Source of the DNA: Bacteroidia bacterium
Lineage (GTDB): Bacteria > Bacteroidota > Bacteroidia > NS11-12g > UBA9320
Assembly (NCBI GenBank): GCA_965216465.1
Contig: CBDCFW010000006.1
Coordinates: forward strand, 256,001-320,000
Reading direction: 5' to 3'
DNA length: 64,000 nt
The position numbers were made by a program, and so were the translations under genes. Shown one piece after another: positions 39,175 through 49,097 of the stretch (positions are counted from its first letter, which is position 1; every line of letters begins with the position of its first letter). The notes beneath the pieces were generated by a model. It did no database searches. It was not told where the DNA came from and saw nothing but the letters and a program-made list of their open reading frames with translations.

Positions 39175-40291
39175 GCGAAACTTTTTTTGGCTTTGAAGAC
39201 GTGAAATGCCATCTGAGGTAATTTCCCATTACAACATCTGCACGGTTGTGGTCAATATTATATTGAACGCCTAATCTGTTTAAGAAAACAAGATTCTTTG
39301 CGATCTCAGCCTCATAGGCAATTCTAAACCCTGCAACCTTTCGATAGTTAAACGGATTTTGAGCATTTCTGTTTCCTTTAGAAAAATAAAGTTGCTCTCC
39401 TCTTGGTGCCTGAAACTGATGACCATCAAAGTACGTCAACGCAAACTGGTAGTCGTCATGTGTTAAACGAAGCACACCAAATTGGCCAAGCCCATCTTTA
39501 AATCCTGTAGCTAATATCCCACTTTGATCTTCATAGTAACATGCATGTCCTGAAATAAAAATATCCGTCTTATCATTAATGTAACGGGTATATTCTATGC
39601 CATAAGCAAAATTATACTCCATGGCATTCGGGAATATCGACTTGTCAATTTCTCCTGCTTGATGAACTGTAATCGCCTCTCCATTAATGCTTAGCTTATT
39701 CTTGTCATTGTTAATCGGATGAAGAGAACCATTAATTCCTGCGAAAAACACCTCATTAAAAGGGTCATTCTCATAAATCATAGTATGCCAATCAATCCAG
39801 GCATCATACTCTATGACCTTTCCTGGTTTTCTAATTTGAAGTCCTTGCTCAAAACGATCTGTCACGGCTAGTTCGTAGTCGTAAAGTGGCTCAATTAATT
39901 TGTGCTGAACGGTCCCATTAATACTTCCAAAAATGATATCGTGATCCCACAACTCATAAGTAAACTTGAAATAGGGTTCAATTTTTTTAATCTCTGGGTT
40001 ACCAAAATCGTAGCGAACATTTAATCCCGCATATAATTGTGCTATTTCGTTAAATGAATATTGCACATAAGGGGTCAGGTTGAAACCAATATAGGTCGAC
40101 CCTTTATCAACCAAAGAAGTATACTCCGTATTTCTAAAATAATTGAGGTTGTCGAAGTGAAATAGAATATGTGAAGAGTCTATTTTTTCTTCGTATTTGT
40201 CTAAATCAAAGAATGAATTATCTAGCTGACTGTACACATTTGTACACAAAAACAGAGCAAATACAAAAACGACTTTCTGCTTAAAAAACAT
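39167..40291 (-). CDS. Hypothetical outer-membrane protein
   Basis: Signal peptide; NYFRNTEY...G.T..G, WIDW; alternating beta-strand pattern. Confidence 0.7.
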   Translation of the reverse strand: MFFKQKVVFVFALFLCTNVYSQLDNSFFDLDKYEEKIDSSHILFHFDNLNYFRNTEYTSLVDKGSTYIGFNLTPYVQYSFNEIAQLYAGLNVRYDFGNPEIKKIEPYFKFTYELWDHDIIFGSINGTVQHKLIEPLYDYELAVTDRFEQGLQIRKPGKVIEYDAWIDWHTMIYENDPFNEVFFAGINGSLHPINNDKNKLSINGEAITVHQAGEIDKSIFPNAMEYNFAYGIEYTRYINDKTDIFISGHACYYEDQSGILATGFKDGLGQFGVLRLTHDDYQFALTYFDGHQFQAPRGEQLYFSKGNRNAQNPFNYRKVAGFRIAYEAEIAKNLVFLNRLGVQYNIDHNRADVVMGNYLRWHFTSSKPKKVSLN

Positions 40292-40357
40292 AGTGAATCC
40301 GTAGAATTAGCTGCAAATAAGCAACTTTGTATTGATATTAGCACTACTTTGGTTCTA

Positions 40358-40374
40358 TTGGCATACGATTTGGA
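40358..40374 (+). promoter_or_regulatory. Possible sigma-54 promoter TTGGCATACGATTTGGA
   Basis: TGGCA -24 element with correctly spaced TTG at -12 (GG instead of GC). Confidence 0.4.
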
Positions 40375-40392
40375 CATTATACAGAAAGCATC

Positions 40393-41187
40393 ATGAAGAC
40401 AGTAAAATACCTTGTCATATTATTAATCTTTTTTGGAGGGTCTGCATATACTCCAAAAACAGATGAGCATGCCCAACTTCGAACTTCTCCTAATAAGGCG
40501 TTTACTTATGGTGAAGAATTGAAGTACCGGGTTCACTATGGATGGATTAACGCGGCTAGCATAAAAATTAAAGTAGCAGACGAGCCTGTTTATATTAAAG
40601 GTCGTCCAACTTATAATATTACCGCATACGGTCGAACTTATCGATCCTTTGATTGGGCTTATAAAGTTCGAGATCATTTCGAAACATATCTGGACAGTCA
40701 GAGTGTGGCTCCATTAAAATATTACAAGAATGTTCAAGAAGATAGCTACAAAGACATCGATATGGTTTTCTACGATCACGAAAAGAAATGGATGACCGGA
40801 AAAAAGAAAAGCATGGAGATTCCTGCTTACCTCCAAGACATTGTCAGTGGTGTATTTTATGCCCGAACAATAGATTTTAATAAGGCTTACAAAGGACAGT
40901 CATTTCCTATTAGTATTTACCTTGACCAGGAAATCTACGATCTCAAATTTAAATACATTGGTAAAGAGACCATAAAGACAGATTTAGGAAAAGTAAAATG
41001 TATAAAACTGCGGCCTCAACTCGTTGTTGATAGAGTTTTTAAAGACGAAGACGACATGACGATTTGGGTAAGCGATGATGAAAACAAAATTCCAATACGC
41101 GTAAAAGCAGATATTTATGTTGGCTCAGTGAAAGTTGACATCGTGTCTCACAAAGGATTGAAAAATAAGTTCACGTCAAAATTGTAA
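40393..41187 (+). CDS. DUF3108 domain protein
   Basis: AF..GEELKYRVHYGW, KVRD, IWVSDDENKIP......VGSV. Confidence 0.85.
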   Translation: MKTVKYLVILLIFFGGSAYTPKTDEHAQLRTSPNKAFTYGEELKYRVHYGWINAASIKIKVADEPVYIKGRPTYNITAYGRTYRSFDWAYKVRDHFETYLDSQSVAPLKYYKNVQEDSYKDIDMVFYDHEKKWMTGKKKSMEIPAYLQDIVSGVFYARTIDFNKAYKGQSFPISIYLDQEIYDLKFKYIGKETIKTDLGKVKCIKLRPQLVVDRVFKDEDDMTIWVSDDENKIPIRVKADIYVGSVKVDIVSHKGLKNKFTSKL

Positions 41188-41218
41188 AATGTTGTAATAG
41201 GGTAATTGGGAAAAGTAT

Positions 41219-41244
41219 AAGGCGAGGTCAAACTCGCCTTTTTT
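41219..41244 (+). terminator. Intrinsic terminator
   Basis: AAGGCGAG-GTCAAA-CTCGCCTT plus T run. Confidence 0.8.
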
Positions 41245-41282
41245 ATTGGCATCGTTTAAATATGATGTTACTTTGCCGTCCA

Positions 41283-43160
41283 ATGAACTACTTGAGCGGA
41301 GAAGAATTATCCAAAGATCTGGGCGAGAGAATCCTTTTTAAGGATCTTTCTATCAGCATAAATCGTGGAGATAAAATAGCTTTGGTTGCCAATAATGGAA
41401 CAGGTAAATCTTCTTTGCTTAAAATCTTAGCACAAGTAGAAGAACCTGACCATGGAATTGTGAGACTCCGTAAAGGTATTCGCATGGCTTATCTGAGCCA
41501 GGATCCACAATTCCCAAAAGCACATAATATTCAGGAACTTATTGACTTCAGTTCAACCCACACTTTAGCTATTGTAAGAGCCTATGAAGAGGCCTTGGAG
41601 CAGCAAAGCTTAGACTTCAACACAGAAACTCAACGCAAGCTCGAACAGGCCTCAGAAGCTATGGATGAAGCAGGTGCTTGGGATTTTGAACGCAAGCTTA
41701 AAGAGCTGCTTCAGCGGTTTAATATTACTGAATACAGTCAGCCAATTGAATCACTGAGTGGAGGTCAAAAGAAAAGATTGGCCATTGCTTTGTCGCTCAT
41801 ACAAAACCCCGATATCTTATTGTTAGATGAGCCCACCAATCATCTAGATCTTGAAATGATTGAATGGCTTGAAGGGTATTTAAGCAAGGCTAACATGAGC
41901 ATTCTAATGGTTTCTCATGATCGATACTTCCTCGATTCAGTTTGCAATACCATTGTCGAACTTCACAATGGGAACCTGCAGACTTATAATGGAAACTACG
42001 CTTATTTTCTTGAAAAGAAAGCCAAGCTCGAACTGGCTCAGAGTGTAGAAATAAATAAAGCTCAGCAGCTAATGAAGTCTGAGCTTGAATGGATGAGAAG
42101 AAGTCCAAAAGCTCGTACCACCAAATCGAAAAGCAGGATTCAGGCATTCTACGATACAGAAAAGAAAGCCAAGAGCGGAAAACACGAACAAGAATTGAGC
42201 TTATCGGTTAAAATGACCCGAATCGGCGGTAAGATTCTGGAGCTAAAAAAGCTATATAAGAGCTTTGGTGACAAAGCAATTTTAAAAGGATTTGACTACA
42301 CGTTTAAAAAAGGAGAACGCATTGGAATTGTAGGTAAAAATGGTTGCGGAAAGTCAACCTTTCTCAACCTCATCATGAATAAAGAACAGGTTGACAGCGG
42401 CAAAATAAATCGAGGAGACACCATCGTTTTTGGCTATTATTCACAGGATGGCATGCAATTTAAAGAGGGGAAGCGTGTGATTGAGGTATTAAAAGATGTT
42501 GCCGACGTAATAGAACTGGCGAACGGATCAAAAGTTACTGCCAGTCAATTGCTCAATCAGTTTCTGTTTCCACCAGCTATGCAGCACCAGTTTGTAAGCA
42601 AACTAAGCGGAGGAGAAAAAAGGAGATTGTTCTTATTAACGGTGCTAATGAAGAATCCTAATTTCCTGATTCTAGATGAGCCCACTAACGATCTTGACAT
42701 TTTAACTTTGAATAAGCTTGAATCCTTTCTACAAGACTTCGCCGGATGTATACTCTTAGTCTCTCATGATCGATACTTCCTCGATCGATTGGTAGACCAT
42801 CTTTTTGTATTTGAAGGAGAAGGGAAAATTAAAGATTTCAATGGCACCTATTCTGAATTTCGCAGCCTACAAGAAACCACAGAAAAAGAGATTAAGAAGC
42901 AGAATTCACCAAAACCAGCTAGTCGACCAAAAGCAGAAAAGGAAAAAACAAAGCTTAGCTTCAAGGAGAAATTTGAGTTTGAACAACTCGAAAAGGAAAT
43001 TGCAGAATTGGAAGAAGAAAAACAAAAGCTTGAAGAAGTACTTTCAAGTGGTTCTACCGATTACGAAGCACTTAGTGAAACCACCACTCGATTGGGCCAA
43101 GTAATGCAATCGATTAATGAAAAAACAGACCGCTGGCTCGAACTGAGTGAATTTGTTTAG
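41283..43160 (+). CDS. ABC-F family ATPase (Uup-like)
   Basis: Two ABC cassettes (NGTGKS/NGCGKS, LSGG, LDEPTN, SHDRYFLD), no TM helices, C-terminal coiled coil. Confidence 0.92.
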   Translation: MNYLSGEELSKDLGERILFKDLSISINRGDKIALVANNGTGKSSLLKILAQVEEPDHGIVRLRKGIRMAYLSQDPQFPKAHNIQELIDFSSTHTLAIVRAYEEALEQQSLDFNTETQRKLEQASEAMDEAGAWDFERKLKELLQRFNITEYSQPIESLSGGQKKRLAIALSLIQNPDILLLDEPTNHLDLEMIEWLEGYLSKANMSILMVSHDRYFLDSVCNTIVELHNGNLQTYNGNYAYFLEKKAKLELAQSVEINKAQQLMKSELEWMRRSPKARTTKSKSRIQAFYDTEKKAKSGKHEQELSLSVKMTRIGGKILELKKLYKSFGDKAILKGFDYTFKKGERIGIVGKNGCGKSTFLNLIMNKEQVDSGKINRGDTIVFGYYSQDGMQFKEGKRVIEVLKDVADVIELANGSKVTASQLLNQFLFPPAMQHQFVSKLSGGEKRRLFLLTVLMKNPNFLILDEPTNDLDILTLNKLESFLQDFAGCILLVSHDRYFLDRLVDHLFVFEGEGKIKDFNGTYSEFRSLQETTEKEIKKQNSPKPASRPKAEKEKTKLSFKEKFEFEQLEKEIAELEEEKQKLEEVLSSGSTDYEALSETTTRLGQVMQSINEKTDRWLELSEFV

Positions 43161-43847
43161 TTAGAGTTTTGGTTTTGGCTTAGTAACGTACACCGACTTT
43201 ATGTAATTCGGCTCATAATAGGCTACATCAACAAACGATTGAGATTCGAACAAATTCAAAGCCTCAAAAAGCATGTGCCTTGCAAGCAACTTTGTTTCAA
43301 CGAACTCGATGTCAAGGTCAGGATTTTCTTCTAACCATTTTGCTGCTCCGCTTCCTGATGCAACTAGGCTTCGATTTTGATAGCGAGCTTTAAATTCATC
43401 ATCAAGCGTCGTAAAAAACTCCTCTCCTTCTAACTCCAAATTGGAGTTAAAAACCCCAACATAAGCATCCATACGTCGGGCATCTACCAAACTAATAATT
43501 TGAGAAGAAGTAGCTGTTTGTTCTATTGCTGCTGCAGCTATTCCTTTCAGTGTTGAACATGCAATCAGTGGAATTCCAGCTCCAAAGCAGATTCCTTTAG
43601 CTAAGCTACATCCTATGCGCAGCCCAGTATATGAACCTGGACCACCGGCAATTGCTACCGCTTGCAAGTCATCATAATTGATTTTGGCCTCATCCATTAG
43701 CTCTTTCACCATTCCGGCTAAGTAGTTTGAGTGTGAATTTGCCTCATAGACTGCTTTTTCAGCAACAATCTCTTGGCCTCTGGCAAGAGCTATCGAGCAT
43801 ACTTCTCCAGAAGTTTCAATTAACAGAATTTGCGGACTATCAGACAA
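43161..43847 (-). CDS. tsaB: tRNA threonylcarbamoyladenosine biosynthesis protein TsaB
   Basis: ILLIETS, GPGSYTGLRIG, DARRM, YYEPNYIK; probable TTG start at 43847. Confidence 0.9.
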   Translation of the reverse strand: MSDSPQILLIETSGEVCSIALARGQEIVAEKAVYEANSHSNYLAGMVKELMDEAKINYDDLQAVAIAGGPGSYTGLRIGCSLAKGICFGAGIPLIACSTLKGIAAAAIEQTATSSQIISLVDARRMDAYVGVFNSNLELEGEEFFTTLDDEFKARYQNRSLVASGSGAAKWLEENPDLDIEFVETKLLARHMLFEALNLFESQSFVDVAYYEPNYIKSVYVTKPKPKL

Positions 43848-45012
43848 TGATTCGAGCTTTAATACGGGCAAAGATAAAAACGACTAGACCTATTGCACAA
43901 AGAATCGCATAATTGAATTTTATTAACGGTATTACTCCACCCAAAATGCTCAAAGGCAGGCTTAAAACCAGTAAGAATAGAAGCAATACTGCACCCTCAC
44001 TTTTAATCTTGTTATAGTTGAATAAACACAATGGAATAACAAACAACAATGCATCGTAAGTCAAGTGATAAGTGAACACAAATGACACCAGAAGTAAACC
44101 TAGTAATAAGTGATTGAGGCGAAACCAACGCTTGCGGTATCCAACTACCATCATGGTAAACCCAATTAGTTGACCCACCATATTTATAATCTTCCAATTC
44201 GAAACATCTTGAGGGAAATAGTGATGCAGTAGCATACTTAACTCGCTATCACTAAATGTATAAATATTCTGCTCGTCTGGGGTGTACATGAACTCATAAT
44301 ACCAACTGGTTTTGTGCAACCACTGTGAGATGACATCAAAATTCTGAACAACTAACGGAACAAACATCAACAAAGAAGTAACTGCTCCTATCGCCAATAG
44401 CCTATATTGTTTTTGAGCTAAGAACCACAACGCGAATGGAATGGCAATAGAAAACTTCATCATTGCAATTCCGAGCAGTAAACCTGCCATTTTGGGGTGC
44501 TGTTTGTATATAAACACTGTTGTAAAAAGCAGTGCCATTACCGGCAACATGGGTTGACCTAAAGACCACGCAAAATAAGTAGGGCTTAAAGCTAAAATTA
44601 TTGCCCAAATGGTGTTGTCTCTTTTGTATTTGTACGCCAGCCATCCAATCCAGAATAACGACAAGGTACAAATGAACCACCACACCACACGTGCCATCTT
44701 CCATGGTAGGAAGCTTAAAGGCAAGAAAGGAATAAATGCCTGAGGCGGATAAAGAGATACGGATGCGTAAAGATTTCCAAAGTCTGTGGTTGATTCAAAC
44801 CCTTCTTTTTCTTTGATTGACCTCCACAAATCTCCACCGATGGAGTCGGTGTACAACACCTCATTTTCCATAAACAGTTTTCCGCCAATATATAGTCCTC
44901 GATAGTCTAAAGGATCAGCATAATTCCAATTTTTCTGAGAAGCTCGGTAAAGATTAAAAACAAAGAGCACTGAGCATATTGCCCACAGTAATATTTTATG
45001 CGTTTTGGACAA
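43840..45012 (-). CDS. GT-C fold membrane glycosyltransferase (GT87-like)
   Basis: D...Y..G, LYPP, GQP, K-containing TM, YD; about 10 TM helices. Confidence 0.7.
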   Translation of the reverse strand: MSKTHKILLWAICSVLFVFNLYRASQKNWNYADPLDYRGLYIGGKLFMENEVLYTDSIGGDLWRSIKEKEGFESTTDFGNLYASVSLYPPQAFIPFLPLSFLPWKMARVVWWFICTLSLFWIGWLAYKYKRDNTIWAIILALSPTYFAWSLGQPMLPVMALLFTTVFIYKQHPKMAGLLLGIAMMKFSIAIPFALWFLAQKQYRLLAIGAVTSLLMFVPLVVQNFDVISQWLHKTSWYYEFMYTPDEQNIYTFSDSELSMLLHHYFPQDVSNWKIINMVGQLIGFTMMVVGYRKRWFRLNHLLLGLLLVSFVFTYHLTYDALLFVIPLCLFNYNKIKSEGAVLLLFLLVLSLPLSILGGVIPLIKFNYAILCAIGLVVFIFARIKARIIV

Positions 45013-45490
45013 CCTTCTTCACTTTTCGATAAGCCCAAGAGTTATTAAATGAAACATTCCAGCGATTTCTGAAATCTGAAAGATTACTAATGGTATTATC
45101 TAAGAACTCAGATTCATCAGCGATTACACCGCTATGATAAGCCTGATTAATTTCAGAGAGTTTGACCAAACGAACAGACTCCTCTTTTACAAAAGCCAAG
45201 TTCAATCGATTAAACAAGTCGATGTTGTATTTACTATCTAATTGTTTAAAAATGGCCGTTGCTCGGTCAATAGAACATCCCGAAGCTGCCTCAAAGTCTT
45301 CGTCAACTCCAAGAATTAAAATTTGGTCATAAGCTATGTGAAACTCAGCCTTCAGTTGACTTCCATGTGCATCCCACTGCATGCAAAATGCATTAAGCTG
45401 CTGCTGAACATCGGCCATTTCATCGGCACTCAGTTTTCTGTTTGCAGTATAGATCCAAATTCTACCATTTCCTGTAAGTTCCTGAAACAT
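44996..45490 (-). CDS. Conserved Bacteroidota hypothetical protein
   Basis: RIWIY..NR.L, W.AHG..L, ASGCSID motifs; ATG at 45490. Confidence 0.8.
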   Translation of the reverse strand: MFQELTGNGRIWIYTANRKLSADEMADVQQQLNAFCMQWDAHGSQLKAEFHIAYDQILILGVDEDFEAASGCSIDRATAIFKQLDSKYNIDLFNRLNLAFVKEESVRLVKLSEINQAYHSGVIADESEFLDNTISNLSDFRNRWNVSFNNSWAYRKVKKVVQNA

Positions 45491-45584
45491 TATACGAAGA
45501 TACGGCATTCAATTTTCATCGACAAAAACCTATACGTTCGTCTGAAACCTAAAAATTTCATTGCAATCGTAACATTCATTTTTA

Positions 45585-45606
45585 ACTTTGTATCTCAAAG
45601 TACTTT
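45585..45606. promoter_or_regulatory. Palindromic operator copy 1, ACTTTG-N5-CAAAGT(ACTTT)
   Basis: Inverted repeat immediately upstream of ATG 45609; second copy at 47917. Confidence 0.65.
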
Positions 45607-45608
45607 TT

Positions 45609-46232
45609 ATGACCAACGAAAAACACATTGATGACCTGAAAGAAATCCGCTCGCTAATGGAACGTTCTTCACGTTTCATTTCACTAAGTGGTTTGTCCGG
45701 TGTAATGGCTGGAATATACGCGTTAATAGGTGCTTATTTTGCCAATAAGCATTTTGTGGAAACCACCACTAATGCTGATTACATCCCCTATTTCTTCGAC
45801 ATGCCGTATTACTACACTTATTACTTTGTTGTAGCAGGATTGGTCTTATTCTTTTCGCTAGGTACGGGTATTATTCTGACGGCTAGAAGAGCGAAAATGA
45901 AAGGACAAACAATTTGGGACAAAGTCGCTTTACGTATGTTAGCCAATGTCGGTTTTCCTTTGGTTGTAGGAGGAATATTTTGCATTGCCATGCTCTACCA
46001 CAAAGAAGAAGCAATGATCGCATCAACCATGCTAATTTTTTATGGACTAGGACTTATTAATGCCAGCAAATACACTTTGAAAGACATTAGAATGCTTGGA
46101 GTAATTGAAGTTATTCTAGGAATTCTTGCAGCATTTTTTATCAAGAACGGAATCATATTCTGGGCTATAGGCTTCGGAATTATGCATATCTGCTATGGCA
46201 TATACATGTACATTAAATACGAACGCAATTAA
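45609..46232 (+). CDS. Conserved integral membrane protein
   Basis: DLKEIRSLMERSSRFISLSGLSGVMAGIYA, FYGL.L.NASKYT, GFG..HI.YG. Confidence 0.8.
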   Translation: MTNEKHIDDLKEIRSLMERSSRFISLSGLSGVMAGIYALIGAYFANKHFVETTTNADYIPYFFDMPYYYTYYFVVAGLVLFFSLGTGIILTARRAKMKGQTIWDKVALRMLANVGFPLVVGGIFCIAMLYHKEEAMIASTMLIFYGLGLINASKYTLKDIRMLGVIEVILGILAAFFIKNGIIFWAIGFGIMHICYGIYMYIKYERN

Positions 46233-46245
46233 ACTTTAAATCGAT

Positions 46246-47568
46246 ATGGAACCAAGACCATCATTTTATCAACGTTATGCAGCCATAATCAAAATGGCTA
46301 CGCTAGGAGTTTTAGTCCTACTGCTACTCATCCCTCAGGTGATGATTCAAGAAGTAATTCGTGAGAGAAAGAACACTCAGGCTGAAGTTAAACGAGAAAT
46401 CAGTTCAAAATGGGGCCAAGGCCAGACCATCAGTGGTCCAGTAATTTCTGTTCCTTACAAGGGTTATGTTAAAAACAGTCACAACAATCGTGAAGAGGTT
46501 TCTAAACGTATACATCTACTCCCTGAAAAGCTTTCAATTGAAGGACATTTAGATACCACCTTGAAAAAAAGAAGCATATACGAGGTAATTGCATATATGA
46601 CCGACCTTAATATTAAAGGGAAGTTTGTTACGAATGAAATAAATGATTTAGGAATTAACCCTAACAATATCATGTGGGATAAAGCGACGATAAGCATGGG
46701 CATATCTGATCTTACAGGAATTCAAGATGAGATTACGATGAAATGGGATGCTACGGAGATAGACTTTAATCCTGGGTTAGATAATCACGACAATTACAGA
46801 TCAGGTGTGAGTTCTCCGGTTAAAGTATCGCGTAACGATACAATTGATTTTGATCTAACTTTATCGATAAAAGGTAGCGACCATATTCGGTTTATTCCTG
46901 CTGGTAAAGTTACTGAAGTGAAAATTACATCGAACTGTCCAAACCCCAGTTTCGATGGTAGCTTTTTGCCTACTCCTACCGATGAAGCTTCTGTAACTGA
47001 TGATGGATTTAAAGGAGAATGGAAAGTGCTTCATTTAAACAGAAACTTCCCTCAAGCATGGGTTAACAATTCGCAAGACATGGATTACTGGTGGTTTGGG
47101 GTAACACTTAAACTCGATGTTAATCACTACTTAAAAACGATGCGTTCAGCTAAATATGCAGTACTGTTCATCGCTATGACGTTCTTAAGTTTCTTCTTTA
47201 TTGAAATTTTAAATAAGAAAAAAATACACCCTATTCAATACATTCTAATCGGACTTGTTTTGGTTGTATTTTATGTGTTATTGCTTTCGTTAGCAGAACA
47301 AATGGGCTTTGATTCAGCTTACCTCATAGCTAGTTTAGCCGTAATCTTGCTTATTACAATCTACTCAGCTTCGGTACTAGAATCAAAGGCAAAAACAGGA
47401 ATAATATTTACGGTGCTTGCGGTGTTGTACGCATTCATTTACGTAATAATACAAATGGCAGAACAAAGTTTATTGTTCGGAAGTATCGGGCTGTTCTTAT
47501 TTTTGGCGGCTGTAATGTTAATCTCAAGAAAGGTCGACTGGTACTCAATTGGAATAAAAGAAAAATAA
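46246..47568 (+). CDS. creD: Cell envelope integrity protein CreD
   Basis: LLLIP...I.ER, KWG..QTI.GP, RS.KYA.LFI, IHPIQY.LIGL...FY.LLLSLAE, RKVDWY. Confidence 0.9.
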   Translation: MEPRPSFYQRYAAIIKMATLGVLVLLLLIPQVMIQEVIRERKNTQAEVKREISSKWGQGQTISGPVISVPYKGYVKNSHNNREEVSKRIHLLPEKLSIEGHLDTTLKKRSIYEVIAYMTDLNIKGKFVTNEINDLGINPNNIMWDKATISMGISDLTGIQDEITMKWDATEIDFNPGLDNHDNYRSGVSSPVKVSRNDTIDFDLTLSIKGSDHIRFIPAGKVTEVKITSNCPNPSFDGSFLPTPTDEASVTDDGFKGEWKVLHLNRNFPQAWVNNSQDMDYWWFGVTLKLDVNHYLKTMRSAKYAVLFIAMTFLSFFFIEILNKKKIHPIQYILIGLVLVVFYVLLLSLAEQMGFDSAYLIASLAVILLITIYSASVLESKAKTGIIFTVLAVLYAFIYVIIQMAEQSLLFGSIGLFLFLAAVMLISRKVDWYSIGIKEK

Positions 47569-47616
47569 AGCATATGTCTCCATACATACCATTGCGTATG
47601 TGTGGAGGCTTTACTA

Positions 47617-47901
47617 ATGATTGATAACTTAAATAAAGCATTTGAAAACAGGATTAGGCTAGGCTTCATGAGTCTGCTGATGGTAAACGACACCATAGAC
47701 TTTAATACGGCTAAGACCTTATTAAAAGTCACTGACGGAAACTTAGCTAGTCACAGTAATGCGTTAGAAAAATTAAACTACATCAAAGTGAAAAAAGGAT
47801 TTGTGGGCAAGAAAACTAAGACTACTTATAGTGTAACTGCTAAAGGACGAAAAGCTTTCAAAGCCCACCTTGATGCCTTGGAACAATTGCTGAACCCATA
47901 A
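47617..47901 (+). CDS. Winged-helix transcriptional regulator (MarR/HTH_34-like)
   Basis: LNKAFENRIRLG.MS.L, TDGNLASH...LE, KGFVGKK..T.Y..T.KGRKAF..HLDALE. Confidence 0.88.
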   Translation: MIDNLNKAFENRIRLGFMSLLMVNDTIDFNTAKTLLKVTDGNLASHSNALEKLNYIKVKKGFVGKKTKTTYSVTAKGRKAFKAHLDALEQLLNP

Positions 47902-47916
47902 TTTTTTTGACTTTTT

Positions 47917-47938
47917 ACTTTGTTTTTCAAAGTGCTTT
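47917..47938. promoter_or_regulatory. Palindromic operator copy 2, ACTTTG-N5-CAAAGT(GCTTT)
   Basis: Inverted repeat between the regulator and the 47954 gene. Confidence 0.65.
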
Positions 47939-47953
47939 GCTAATTACATTACA

Positions 47954-48613
47954 ATGAATATAGAATACTTTTTTAACTACATGCTTCAGAATAAAACTGA
48001 AGTCATTAAACAGGCACTTAACGCCGAACTTCCTAAACCCATAGTTCGAGCTTTGCTATTCATTTCAATGCTGTGTTTTGCAGTCTTTGGATTTATGATT
48101 GGTAGCTCACATAGTGTGGTACAAGGTGCAGTTTCTTTTGTAAAACTCCCCTTCTTGTTTTACATAACTGGAACGATCTGCTTTCCCACTCTCTATATTT
48201 TTCTTGCACTTTTTGGGATGAAAATATCGTTCAAAGGCATTGCCCAGTTTAGCATGATAGCTATCAGCATCATGTCGCTGATCCTCATTGCATTTACTCC
48301 GGTGTCTTTGTTCTTTTTAGTTGTAGGAACCCCTTATGAAACCTACAAATTGCTCAATGTTGGAATAATGGGAATAGCTGGATTTTCGGGTGTATATATT
48401 TTCAGCAAATACATTATGATAAATACTGCGGTTGACTTTGAAAACCGTGTTAAGGTAACCGTGTTCATTCGGTTGTGGTTGGTTATGTTCGCTTTAATTG
48501 GGTCTAACCTTGGATTCGCCATAAGTCCAATCTTTGGTGACCCAACTAAGGCGTTCATGCTAATAACTACTGCTAACCAGAACTTCTTCACTCATATCAT
48601 TTCAATTCTTTAA
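47954..48613 (+). CDS. Five-TM hypothetical membrane protein (Yip1-like)
   Basis: KLP.LF......CFP.LY, F.PV.LFF, W......G..LG....P.FGDP. Confidence 0.65.
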   Translation: MNIEYFFNYMLQNKTEVIKQALNAELPKPIVRALLFISMLCFAVFGFMIGSSHSVVQGAVSFVKLPFLFYITGTICFPTLYIFLALFGMKISFKGIAQFSMIAISIMSLILIAFTPVSLFFLVVGTPYETYKLLNVGIMGIAGFSGVYIFSKYIMINTAVDFENRVKVTVFIRLWLVMFALIGSNLGFAISPIFGDPTKAFMLITTANQNFFTHIISIL

Positions 48614-48617
48614 CGCT

Positions 48618-49097
48618 ATGATTGCAATTCCTGTGGTTCTTCTCTTGTTATTCGTTTTTGGCATCGCGATAATCGATGGTTGTTCTTACCTGCTGTCTCA
48701 GAAGCGTGTGGTAAACATCAAACTGCGTGCTGCGATTGATTTCCTTATACTGGCAGGGCTTCCTTTGCTATTTTTCGGAATTGCTAAAGATTTATTCGGG
48801 GGCGGAATTCTACACCCTATCCCACCCCAATACGAATACGTGCTACACATCTTAGTGGCCATTGTAGTTGTAGGCTATTTCTGTTGCTACTTCAACTTTA
48901 TTTATGAACTCCCAGAACTAGTAGGTCTCATAACTTTAATACTCTTATTGGGAATTTTAGTCAATATAATGATCGCATTAAACTCGTTTCATGACCTCAG
49001 TCTATTTGCCTTGTTCAACGGTCTAATCATCTTACTACTTGTAAATAAACTCATCGAAATTCACATTAATAAAGTTGAATATGAAAAAAGTAATTAA
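48618..49097 (+). CDS. Hypothetical membrane protein
   Basis: 159-aa ORF with about 5 hydrophobic segments, within the operon. Confidence 0.65.
   Translation: MIAIPVVLLLLFVFGIAIIDGCSYLLSQKRVVNIKLRAAIDFLILAGLPLLFFGIAKDLFGGGILHPIPPQYEYVLHILVAIVVVGYFCCYFNFIYELPELVGLITLILLLGILVNIMIALNSFHDLSLFALFNGLIILLLVNKLIEIHINKVEYEKSN

Noticed and set aside
43150-43170. Convergent ABC-F and tsaB stop codons abut with no terminator
   Set aside because: Tight or overlapping convergent ends recur throughout this compact window (e.g. 993, 18137, 36731, 39167, 49788).
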